From: Candidatus Poribacteria bacterium
GTDB lineage: Bacteria; Poribacteria; WGA-4E; WGA-3G
Reading direction: 5' to 3'
Length of the DNA: 64,000 bases
Assembly (NCBI GenBank): GCA_965214095.1
Contig: OZ243938.1
Location: forward strand, 896,001 to 960,000
Shown: positions 11,138-19,852 of the stretch, piece after piece
Layout: every line of letters starts with the position of its first letter
Numbering within the stretch: the stretch's first letter is position 1
Program-made: the position numbers and the translations under genes
The notes under the pieces: model-generated
Told to the model about the DNA's origin: nothing
What the model saw: only the letters and a program-made list of their open reading frames with translations
The model's database searches: none

Positions 11138-11719
11138 TTAATCAAGTAAGGTAAAGACATAATCTTTATCTTCAACTCTGGCATGGCACCCCCAGCATGT
11201 CGCACCTGATGCGAGAACACTAAAGTCATCATCGGGAGCATTGCGGGTATATTCAATGAATTCCCAATCGTTGTGGTCTGGATCACTCCCTGCCTTCTTC
11301 CGCATGATTGCGATGAGTCCGATATAATCCTTATTCGGACGAGTTGCTTCTTTTACGACGATACTACCATCCGGATATGGAAATTGTTGTTCACCATCTG
11401 GTGCGATAGTATCCCGCTCTTGGTTGACGTATACATTTTTTGTGCCGTTATGTGGATCACCACCTGCGACAGGGGGAATCGGTTCTGCATTTAATTTTAA
11501 CCACTTGTCATATCCTGCGGTATCATCAGGAAGTCCAGGAAGTGCAACTGCGGGTTCGTCTGTGTCTTGTTCAGAATCATTGTTCTGCTCTGTTTGTTGA
11601 ACAATTTCGTCTAACTGCTTTTCTTCGACACATGAAGTGATTACAAAACATGGAATCAACATAATAGCAACGACGAAAAGATAACGTAGGTTGATTTGGT
11701 CTAATTTTCTGCTGTTCAT
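11138..11719 (-). CDS. Cytochrome P460-family lipoprotein
   Basis: Lipobox (ITSC), YVN, 'YPDGSIVVKE', 'MRK', WEF, C-terminal CWGCH followed by DYVF. Confidence 0.85.
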   Translation of the reverse strand: MNSRKLDQINLRYLFVVAIMLIPCFVITSCVEEKQLDEIVQQTEQNNDSEQDTDEPAVALPGLPDDTAGYDKWLKLNAEPIPPVAGGDPHNGTKNVYVNQERDTIAPDGEQQFPYPDGSIVVKEATRPNKDYIGLIAIMRKKAGSDPDHNDWEFIEYTRNAPDDDFSVLASGATCWGCHARVEDKDYVFTLLD

Positions 11720-12092
11720 TGTTAATCTCCTAATTCTAATCTGCCTTTAGTATAAACTATTATGACAAAGTTAGCAATTTATTAATCAAAATTGGCTTTA
11801 TAGATAGTTAACGTTGAAATCAAAAAATATTTTACATTGGACAATAATGTCACATTTTGCATTTACTAAGAACTGTACTGCCACCGGTAATTTAGACCAC
11901 TGTCTAAACTAAGATTGTCATATAATTACAAGACTTACGCATTTTTATAAATGGTGCTATACTATTCTATTATGAATACACATATACTTCTGAAAAGAAG
12001 CAAGATTTATTTTCCGATTATTGTCAATTTTTGTTAGCAAGTTTCACTAAATTGAAACGCAATCGTCTTGTGAATGATACGGATGACGTTGA

Positions 12093-12245
12093 ACCACACC
12101 AATAGACCGGGCATGTAGTAAATGTGCGTCTGATCTTGAATGTGGAGGTCCTCAGCTTGAATGTGAGGTAAATTGCATTAAAAAGACGGACCCAAAGAAA
12201 TGTAGTTGTGAAAAGGGAACAAAATGCAAAGAGAGTCTGTGTGGG
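12093..12245 (+). pseudogene. Orphan Cys-rich core remnant (cassette 0)
   Basis: Startless open frame reads IDRACSKCASDLECGGPQLECEVNCIKKTDPKKCSCEKGTKCKESLC and is fused to a WD40 fragment. Confidence 0.6.
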
Positions 12246-12520
12246 AAACGGAACGAGGGATGGTTTCGGCTGTTGATTTCTCTTCCAATGGTGAGTTGGT
12301 TGCTACTGGCAACATGGATGGTACTATCAAGGTATGGAGTATTCAATGTGGGACATGTGTTTCAAAGATTCAACGTCCCGACCAGCGATATGAGACTGGG
12401 TGGTTTGAATACGGTATTGGGAAGCTCATCTTTTCCCCAGATAATAAACATATCGGTGCGTCTCTTCAAGGATGCGGTCTCATTTGCCTTTGGGATGCTG
12501 AAACTGGTGAGCTGAGTTAT
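12240..12520 (+). pseudogene. Internal fragment of an array-type WD40 gene
   Basis: WETERGMVSAVDFS...TGNMDGTIKVW...IQRP.QR closely matches the 20271-22292 protein; truncated at both ends. Confidence 0.8.
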
Positions 12521-12593
12521 AAGTTAATAATTGAATGTGTCTCTATATTTCAAAATCAGATGCCAACGCGGTATAAAATATAGGAAGAACATA

Positions 12594-12914
12594 ATGTTTT
12601 TGAAAATAGTGTTGAACCAACCGAACCTGGTAGGGACAGTGTTAATAGCCTTGATGGTTTTTAGTGGTTTTGTTTATGCTTTCGCATTTGATGGTTTTAA
12701 TGTGGAAACAGCCACAGATGGCGAAGTAGAGGCATGGTTCACAGCGGCGAGTGATGGAGATGGTGGTTACGGGACACCTCGTGATACTTGTAAAGAAAAC
12801 TTAAATGACTACTGCGATATAACGTACTTAAATGGTACTACTGCAAAGTGCCATAAAATGTGTAGTAATATCGGCAAACAGTGGAATCGTTGTAAAATCT
12901 GCAAAAACAACTAG
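12594..12914 (+). CDS. Secreted Cys-rich peptide precursor A (intact, 106 aa, 6 Cys)
   Basis: AGGAAG upstream of ATG 12594; hydrophobic signal ending AFA; conserved pro-region FDGFNVE...GEVEAW; core with 6 Cys ending CKICKNN. Confidence 0.8.
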   Translation: MFLKIVLNQPNLVGTVLIALMVFSGFVYAFAFDGFNVETATDGEVEAWFTAASDGDGGYGTPRDTCKENLNDYCDITYLNGTTAKCHKMCSNIGKQWNRCKICKNN

Positions 12915-12935
12915 TGGAGTGTCCATTTGGACATT

Positions 12936-13066
12936 GTAGGTCGGGTAGAGGCACGACACCCGACTTTATTGATGATAAATAGCTGCATGTCGGGTAGAGG
13001 CACGACACCCGACTTTATTGATGATAAATGGCTGCATGTCGGGTTTCGTGCCTCTACCCGACCTAC
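12936..13066. repeat. REP doublet (GTAGGTCGGGTAGAGG...CTCTACCCGACCTAC) with an internal duplication
   Basis: Inverted GTAG-type repeats; also at 46052-46133 and 53913-53985. Confidence 0.8.
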
Positions 13067-13180
13067 AAGATTAGTGTCGACAGAACACTAATGCGAAATT
13101 AGAATCGATACAATTAAGATTTTACTTGATGTGACTGTGGATATTCTTGTCCCGGACACATCACAAATGGAGGAGAAAAA

Positions 13181-13819
13181 ATGTCTTTAACATCAAAAGA
13201 AGTGGATGAGCTTCGTCAACATATTGATGAATTAGAATCCCGAATCGCTGAGTTGGAGTCTAACAAGCGGGTTATAGAATGCAAAGAACTTCATCTCCTG
13301 GATGCAGAGGGTACTCGTCTTATTTCTCTATCAGTGAACGAGGAAAATTCTGGCGAAATACTGATCAAAAGTACTTCAGGGCAAAGTGGAGTTCAAATCC
13401 TTGGCAAAGATCAATATGGGGGTGGCTTCCTTGAAGTTTTCAAGGATTACTTCGAAACAATTGATCCATTTTGCATCCCGCGGCGCGATGCCGTTCGGAT
13501 CAGGATTAGCAATGAGGTATATGGTGGAGGCGGAGAGATATCTACACACAGGAATCATGCTGCTAGTGTCACACTTGGCTCGGGGTATGGTTATGCTGGT
13601 CAACTTTGGATCCAAGGCGAACATGACCAAGAGATCCAGGGAGCTGGTCGGATTATCATGGGGGTTGACCGTGAACGTGATGAAGGAGTCATCCTTATTC
13701 AAAAACCAGTCTACAATGAGAACGAAAACGACTATGACATGGAAACAGTTACTAAAATAGGACATGGTAATCCACCTGACGGCAGGTATCCAGTTTCCTC
13801 CAAGGAAATTGAATCTTAA
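13181..13819 (+). CDS. Hypothetical protein (N-terminal coiled coil plus Gly-rich beta region)
   Basis: Strong RBS GGAGGAG, 212 aa ORF, heptad-like N-terminus. Confidence 0.7.
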   Translation: MSLTSKEVDELRQHIDELESRIAELESNKRVIECKELHLLDAEGTRLISLSVNEENSGEILIKSTSGQSGVQILGKDQYGGGFLEVFKDYFETIDPFCIPRRDAVRIRISNEVYGGGGEISTHRNHAASVTLGSGYGYAGQLWIQGEHDQEIQGAGRIIMGVDRERDEGVILIQKPVYNENENDYDMETVTKIGHGNPPDGRYPVSSKEIES

Positions 13820-13931
13820 GGTAAAAAATGTTTCAAAGTCCCCGTCAGGGAATTACTTATGTGACGTGGGTTAGGTATCAAGAAATAACCCGCTTGTGGA
13901 AGCGATGCTACAAGCAACTGTGCGGGTTATT

Positions 13932-14181
13932 CTAGTAGGCACAGTGTTAATAGCCCTGATGGTTTTTAGTGGTTTTGTTTATGCATTCGCTTTCGATGGT
14001 TTTAATGTGGAAACAACCACAGGTGGCGAAGTAGAGGCATGGCTCGCAGCGGCGAGTGATGGTTCTGGTAGTGGAAGGCAAAATAATAAGGAAGAGATGG
14101 AAGGTGTGTACCGAATCAAATGAGACAAGATGTGATGGTAATTGCAACGCAAACCAAAAGGAGCCAAATCCAAAAGGGTAA
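13932..14181 (+). pseudogene. Cys-rich peptide precursor B (native start lost, core frameshifted)
   Basis: Leader LVGTVLIALMVFSGFVYAFAFDGFNVETTTGGEVEAWLAAASDG nearly identical to A; +1 frame from 14101 reads KVCTESNETRCDGNCNANQKEPNPKG*. Confidence 0.7.
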
Positions 14182-14266
14182 TTTTGATAATCAGACGATC
14201 TTATTAGGACTATGAATTCTTACAAATTGAGGCATTGTCCTAATAAGATCATCCTAATAAGAAGGA

Positions 14267-16297
14267 GTGTTTATCGTGGAAAGTTATCTACCGTTTCATT
14301 TGAACAGAGAGGATACGAAAAGTAGCACTTGGAATTTACCATCAGGTGCACTAAAACGCCTTGGACGAGGATATGTTACGGACATAACGCTCTCACCAGA
14401 GGGGGACCACCTTATCGTTACCACCCCTCTCGGTTTGTGGTTGTATAATATCTCGACACGTGAGCCATTGACACTCATAGATTGGATTCCGGGCCCGATG
14501 GCTTTTTCCAGTAATGGCAAGTGGGTGGCAACAACTAGCGAAAAGGGTTCCATTGAAGTATGGGATATGAATAGTGAAAGCTGCTTGCTGGAAATTGAAC
14601 GGGCGGAAAATGAGAGCATTGACGAGCTTGTATTCTCACCGGATTGTCAATATTTAGCAGTTGGAGGTATCAATAGGCACTGGAATCAAATAAAAAAACT
14701 CTACTGTAGCGTTGAAGTCTGGCTTCTACCAAAGATTGTGAAGACAGGTGCTGCGCCGCTGCATATAGAAAGAGATCGTATTTATGCTGGTTTTCATCCG
14801 CTTGCATTCTCGCCGGACAGCCGTTTGCTGGCGTTTGCTGTTCCAGAAGGTACTCCAGACTCTTATCGTGCCGATGGGTACTCTGTCATTAATAACAAAT
14901 GGGTTCTGCCGAAGCGTTACATCGCAGTGTATGAGATAGCTACATGGCAGCACCTGACTACACTTGTTGCCTTCAACGATCTGGACTCTATCTCTTTTTC
15001 ACCGTGCGGGCATTTTCTTGCTGCTGCGGATGGTAAAGGAAAGGTTTACCTCTGGAAGGTTCCAAAGAGTATTTCACCGGACACTTCATCCTGGCATCTA
15101 CATCAAGTGTACCAGGAAAGGGGCGATGCGTTAAATTTTCACTTAGTCAGTTACTCGTCAAAAGGTGCACTAAGGACCGCTATGCGCTCTTTTGAAGAAG
15201 GCATTATCACTATACGAGAACCGGCACGAAATGAAACGCTTTATAAGCATCCTAAGGATAATATTCACTATCGAGCGTATTTTTCAAATGGTACACTTCT
15301 TGCTTTCGCAGGAAGTCCAGATGTACATGTGTGGACATTAGGAGATAAGCATTCTACTTGTGTAAGTCAGATGCATGGGTTCCCGTCACACTCGCTGCAC
15401 TTTTCTCGAGATGGCCGGACGCTGCTGGCGACGCAGCGAGAGGATGGTATCTTCAGTTGGGAAGTGACACGTCCTGACCAGCCTCCGAATATTTTCAACC
15501 CCGCCGGTTCACTACCACACTCTGATGCGTCAGACACCTATTTTTCTTTAAATGTATCATCTGAAGGGAAACATTTTGTAATCTCCGGTGATAAAAACAC
15601 CATTCGCCTCTGGGAACTGGGTATCAATGCGGCGATCGCTGCGTTTCCAATAAAAGAAAAAGCGATTGATGCAACCTTCTCCCCTACTGCTAATCTGATC
15701 GCTTACCGAGACGTAACTAATCAGATTTATATCTGGGATGTGACTATAGGAGAACTACGTGACACCTATATGAGTGAATACGAAATAGGATTATGGGATG
15801 CTGGTCTCACATATAGTTTAAATGGAGTATACCTTGCATCTGGTCGCTGCCATCTTTACGATGTTATTCAACGTGAGCAGATAGATGGTTTCATAAACGA
15901 CTACTTCCAGTTTCTGGCATTTTCTCCAGACAGTGTCCATTTTTGGGATACAGGATCTCCTAATACAATAGAGTTATGGAATATTCAAAGGGGTGAAGAA
16001 ACCCTAACACTTCAGAAGCCCGAAGAGTGGAATCAAAAAGAGGTGCATACGCTTTCACAATCAGCATGTGGACGATATCTTGCCTGCAGCCCGATAATGT
16101 ATGAAAATGACGTAAGTATAAGTTTGGGGATCTGGGATATTCACAAGGGATCCGCACCAATTGCAACGTTTATGCTTCCATATGCATGTGACACACCTGC
16201 TCTTGCTTTTTCACCAGATAATACGGTTTTAGCGTGTGCGGATGACAGCGGTACTATTCTGCTCTGGGATCTGAAACCTTACTTGAAAAACACATAA
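14267..16297 (+). CDS. WD40-repeat protein, array copy 1 (no signal peptide)
   Basis: LPSGALKRLGRG start motif, FSPD/FSPCG repeats, ends LWDLKPYLKNT; AAGGAG just upstream. Confidence 0.9.
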   Translation: MFIVESYLPFHLNREDTKSSTWNLPSGALKRLGRGYVTDITLSPEGDHLIVTTPLGLWLYNISTREPLTLIDWIPGPMAFSSNGKWVATTSEKGSIEVWDMNSESCLLEIERAENESIDELVFSPDCQYLAVGGINRHWNQIKKLYCSVEVWLLPKIVKTGAAPLHIERDRIYAGFHPLAFSPDSRLLAFAVPEGTPDSYRADGYSVINNKWVLPKRYIAVYEIATWQHLTTLVAFNDLDSISFSPCGHFLAAADGKGKVYLWKVPKSISPDTSSWHLHQVYQERGDALNFHLVSYSSKGALRTAMRSFEEGIITIREPARNETLYKHPKDNIHYRAYFSNGTLLAFAGSPDVHVWTLGDKHSTCVSQMHGFPSHSLHFSRDGRTLLATQREDGIFSWEVTRPDQPPNIFNPAGSLPHSDASDTYFSLNVSSEGKHFVISGDKNTIRLWELGINAAIAAFPIKEKAIDATFSPTANLIAYRDVTNQIYIWDVTIGELRDTYMSEYEIGLWDAGLTYSLNGVYLASGRCHLYDVIQREQIDGFINDYFQFLAFSPDSVHFWDTGSPNTIELWNIQRGEETLTLQKPEEWNQKEVHTLSQSACGRYLACSPIMYENDVSISLGIWDIHKGSAPIATFMLPYACDTPALAFSPDNTVLACADDSGTILLWDLKPYLKNT

Positions 16298-16490
16298 GGA
16301 GTGTTTTTTGAGGCGTAACACCTTTTGCATTATCATTTTATTTTCGTTCCTATAGGATCTCTATTGAGATAGAGAGCGTGCTTTGAAAGAAGCACGAAAT
16401 CAGAGGCACCTTTATTAATAATTGAATGTGTGTCTATATTTCAAAATCAGATGCCTACGCGGCATAAAATATAGGAAGAATATAATGCTT
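16250..16490 (+). repeat. Conserved cassette-junction block (WD40 3' end, spacer with two hairpins, peptide translation start)
   Basis: Near-identical to 19045-19280; partial copies at 12524-12596, 22245-22340, 22486-22530 and 24405-24436. Confidence 0.9.
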
Positions 16491-16792
16491 TTGATTGATT
16501 TAATATTGAAATTGTACCGAGTGTCGAAGTGGATGCCCGGATGGATGTTGCTCCTACTTATGGCGGAAAAAATTGTAATTGCAGTCACCAAACCACTTGT
16601 CCCGCTGCTAATAATAAGAAGTGTAAAAATTGTAATAATATAACACAGTTTCGTTGTCGTGATAATTGTCCAAAAGGTAACCCCTGCCATACAAGTTGTA
16701 TGAAAAACAAAGACGCTAATAAGTACATCTGTAATGGGCAAAAAAATGCTACGATTGCAATGCTTATTAACGATTACCATATCTGGCAGTAA
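16485..16792 (+). pseudogene. Cys-rich peptide precursor C (signal region deleted, in-frame TGA at 16496)
   Basis: Reads AFD*FNIEIVPSVEVDARMDVAPTYGG then a 10-Cys core; one extra A in the A7 run at 16740-16746 would give the end KKCYDCNAY* (12 Cys). Confidence 0.7.
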
Positions 16793-17087
16793 TAAAGTCT
16801 AAGTATTCTGATATTTCTCAAAACTGAGTAATGATCGGATTATTTTTAAATCTTCATTACCGGCCAGATATTTGAGGTATGTGTATAAATAATTCCGATG
16901 TTAAATATGTGCTTAAAGGTAGTAGGCACACGTCGTGTGACATCTACAAGTTCAAAGAGACGCAATGAATTGCGCGACTATAAACGGCATTTCTATAAAT
17001 CAAGCAGCACCTGGTGTCTGTCCCTGTCTGTGTTGATGTGCCAAATATTTATGCACACCCCTCAAATATTTAAGGAACAAAGGCGAT

Positions 17088-19091
17088 ATGGAAAACTTGA
17101 AAATACCAAATGAACCCATTGCGCGATTAGGAAGAGGTTGGACAAGTAGTATAGCAATTTCCTCAAATGGGCAGTACCTTGCTTTGGGAAATTGGGTTGG
17201 ACTCTGTTTGTATGATTTGACATCAACATCTAACACCCCTCTATGGGAAATAGAACACGGAATGATTAATACTGTTGCAATTTCACCTGGTGGAGAGTTG
17301 ATAGCCGCTAGCAGTTCAAACGATGAGTTAAAAGTATGGAATATCCAACATAAATCTTGCGTAACTCAAATAGAGTTAGACAAATCCATTTCGCGCCTCA
17401 CATTTTCTACCGATAGTCAATTAGTTGCCGCTTCCTTCACTAATTCGTCTCGTGTTGAGTGCTGGGATCTCAAAACTGGGGTATCGTTTGCCAAATTTGC
17501 GGGAGAAAGTAATACGGGGAATTACATAAGACCTATTATCTTTTCCCCAGATAACCACCTTGTAGTATCTACGTGTCACAGTGATGGTTATACCAATGTT
17601 GACTCTGTAGTTGTGTGGAATGTCCTTCAAGGCAAACAAATGACCACTCTCACAGAACATACCTCTCATATCTATTATCTGTGTTTTTCTCCGTGTGGGC
17701 GTTTTTTGGCATCTGGTGATGAGGATGGAACGATACATGTTTGGCATGTAGAAGAATGGGAACATATTCATGCATTCACATGCAATAGTTCTTCTCGTAT
17801 GATCCCCTCCTATTCAGCGGCAGGCACTCTCTATGCCACTGTGATGTCTTATGATACTGCTACTGTGAAAGTAATTGACATGGAAAGAAATAAACAGTTA
17901 TGGACGGCTAATGTTTTAGGAAATACAATAGATTTTTCCGATATCGACGATTGGGGAAATAATATAGAATTTTCAAATGGTTCACATTTAGCATACGAAT
18001 CTAGACATGAATTCATAAACGTATGGACTTTTGGGAACGAGCATGCACGTAAGTTTACCCATTCACCCATATCATTTCCGGAATCGATAGTCTTTTTGCC
18101 AGACAGCAAAACGTTAGTAGCAGAGTATCGACATGAGAGTGTTTTGTTATGGGATGTTACAAGTTCGATTTCGCGTCCAGCACTAAAAGCGGAGTCGGCA
18201 GGAAAAAATCAATTTATGCATGTATCTACTTTGGGAAACCTCCATGTTACGAGTCTGAAAAACGGTGTCGTTACGCTCTGGGCAGTTGATAGCGGGGAGC
18301 GTCAGATTTCTGAATATATAGAACATACCTATAAGTCCACACGTCCTGCATTATCCTCTACCAGCAATAGACTGGCCTGCGCGCTTGATGATGGAACTCT
18401 GAGTGTGTGGGATGTGCAAAGTGGAGCAAAACTTTGTGAGTTTATGCACATACTTGATCAAAACCCAGACGATGAGATTACTACCCTGGCGTTCAGCCCG
18501 GATGGACGATTATTGGCAAGTGAATCGTCTAGTGGATTGCAAGTTCGGTTATGGGATGTAGAACAAGGCAAAGAAATAGCAGAATTTCCAAGTGATGAAA
18601 CTAATTTGTTTAGAGGTTTTTCTCCGTGTGGACGATACCTGGCTTGTGGAACTGAAGATATTCTATTGTGGGATATCATCCAGTGCGACATCTACTCGGT
18701 GCTTCAGTGTCAAATTGAGGACGCTTTTGAATATTCTCCGTGTGGACGATATGTAGCTTGTGGAAATGATAAAGTAATATTTTTATGGGACCTTATCCGT
18801 TGTGAAAACTTTATGCGGATATATCTGCCATCAGAATGGAGTATGTATACGTTGACCTTCTCTTCGTGTGGACAGTATTTAGCTGGTGGAGCATGGTGGC
18901 GTGAAGGTTGGAATAAAGTACCTATTTGTTTATGGGAAGTTGCAACAGGTGAAAATATAGCCACTTTTCTGGGACACCCAACAGATATTCAATGCCTTGC
19001 GTTTTCACCAGATGGCACAATCTTGGCAAGTGGTGGTTATGATGGCACTATTCTACTTTGGGATTTGAAACCTTACTTGACAAACACATAA
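17088..19091 (+). CDS. WD40-repeat protein, array copy 2 (no signal peptide)
   Basis: IARLGRG motif, WD repeats, several FSPCG, ends LWDLKPYLTNT. Confidence 0.92.
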   Translation: MENLKIPNEPIARLGRGWTSSIAISSNGQYLALGNWVGLCLYDLTSTSNTPLWEIEHGMINTVAISPGGELIAASSSNDELKVWNIQHKSCVTQIELDKSISRLTFSTDSQLVAASFTNSSRVECWDLKTGVSFAKFAGESNTGNYIRPIIFSPDNHLVVSTCHSDGYTNVDSVVVWNVLQGKQMTTLTEHTSHIYYLCFSPCGRFLASGDEDGTIHVWHVEEWEHIHAFTCNSSSRMIPSYSAAGTLYATVMSYDTATVKVIDMERNKQLWTANVLGNTIDFSDIDDWGNNIEFSNGSHLAYESRHEFINVWTFGNEHARKFTHSPISFPESIVFLPDSKTLVAEYRHESVLLWDVTSSISRPALKAESAGKNQFMHVSTLGNLHVTSLKNGVVTLWAVDSGERQISEYIEHTYKSTRPALSSTSNRLACALDDGTLSVWDVQSGAKLCEFMHILDQNPDDEITTLAFSPDGRLLASESSSGLQVRLWDVEQGKEIAEFPSDETNLFRGFSPCGRYLACGTEDILLWDIIQCDIYSVLQCQIEDAFEYSPCGRYVACGNDKVIFLWDLIRCENFMRIYLPSEWSMYTLTFSSCGQYLAGGAWWREGWNKVPICLWEVATGENIATFLGHPTDIQCLAFSPDGTILASGGYDGTILLWDLKPYLTNT

Positions 19092-19517
19092 GGAGGACTT
19101 TTGAGTCGTAGCACGTTTTGCATTATCATTTTTATTTTCGTTCCTATAGGCTCTCTATTGAGATAGAGAGCGTGCTTTGAAAGAAGCACGAAATCGGAGG
19201 CACCTTTATTAATAATTGAATGTGTCTTGATATTTCAAAATCAGATGCCCATACGGCACAAAAACAAAGAAGAGATAAATGTTTTTAAGTAAAGTTTTAC
19301 ATAAACCACATTTGGTAGGCGTTATAATGATAGCCTTTCTATTCGGGGCGGGTTTCATTTATGCATTTGCTTTTGACGGTTTTAATATTGAAAAGGTCAC
19401 AGGTGGCGAAGTAGAGGCATGGCTCGCAGCGGCGGGCGGGGGAGGATCCGGTGGTGATGAACCCAGAACCAGATCCGTGTAATTGTTTGTCACAGGCGGA
19501 TTCTGAGTGTGGTTATT

Positions 19518-19852
19518 TTCAGGTACCCAAGCCTAAAGGCATGGGATTGTGTTAATCTTCTGCCAGGCTTGATGTTCTTCGGTCTTGGCTCGTAACTTTA
19601 CCTGTATGCCACCGAGGGGTCCCAGCGACCCACGATACAGAACCTCAGACACTTCCGACTTCGGAAGTTGTTCGAGCGAACTATCGTCTTCGAGTTACTT
19701 GGACACGGATATAATCAACGTGCCCCGATATGCAAGACACTTCCGACTTGCTTGGGCATATAATAACAGACTTGACGTTTTCTGTCAAGCAAAATATAGG
19801 AACGGGCATTCCTCCCACACCTAAAGAAGTGGGCTTCCTGCCTGAAACGTTG
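19518..19852 (-). mobile_element. Non-autonomous IS200/IS605 (TnpB-type) element, 335 bp
   Basis: Subterminal CCCxxCCTAAAGxxGGG hairpins at both ends, no target duplication, TCAC next to the left end, ends homologous to 63174-63579; removal restores the host reading frame. Confidence 0.8.
19760..19788 (-). promoter_or_regulatory. sigma70-type promoter inside the IS605-type element
   Basis: TTGACA-17 bp-TATTAT on the minus strand; same position in the second copy. Confidence 0.7.

Noticed and set aside
12531-12593. Longer TTG-start versions of peptides A and C (12531, 16422)
   Set aside because: The extension lies in the conserved spacer. Copy D lacks it and starts at the equivalent ATG.
16496-16498. 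TGA as recoded Gly or selenocysteine in peptide C
   Set aside because: TGA is used as a normal stop elsewhere in the window and this copy has other inactivating lesions.
19518-19852. IscB/HEARO element read on the plus strand
   Set aside because: The ends are compatible, but the promoter points along the minus strand and the sister element has a tnpB-like right end, so the TnpB orientation fits better.
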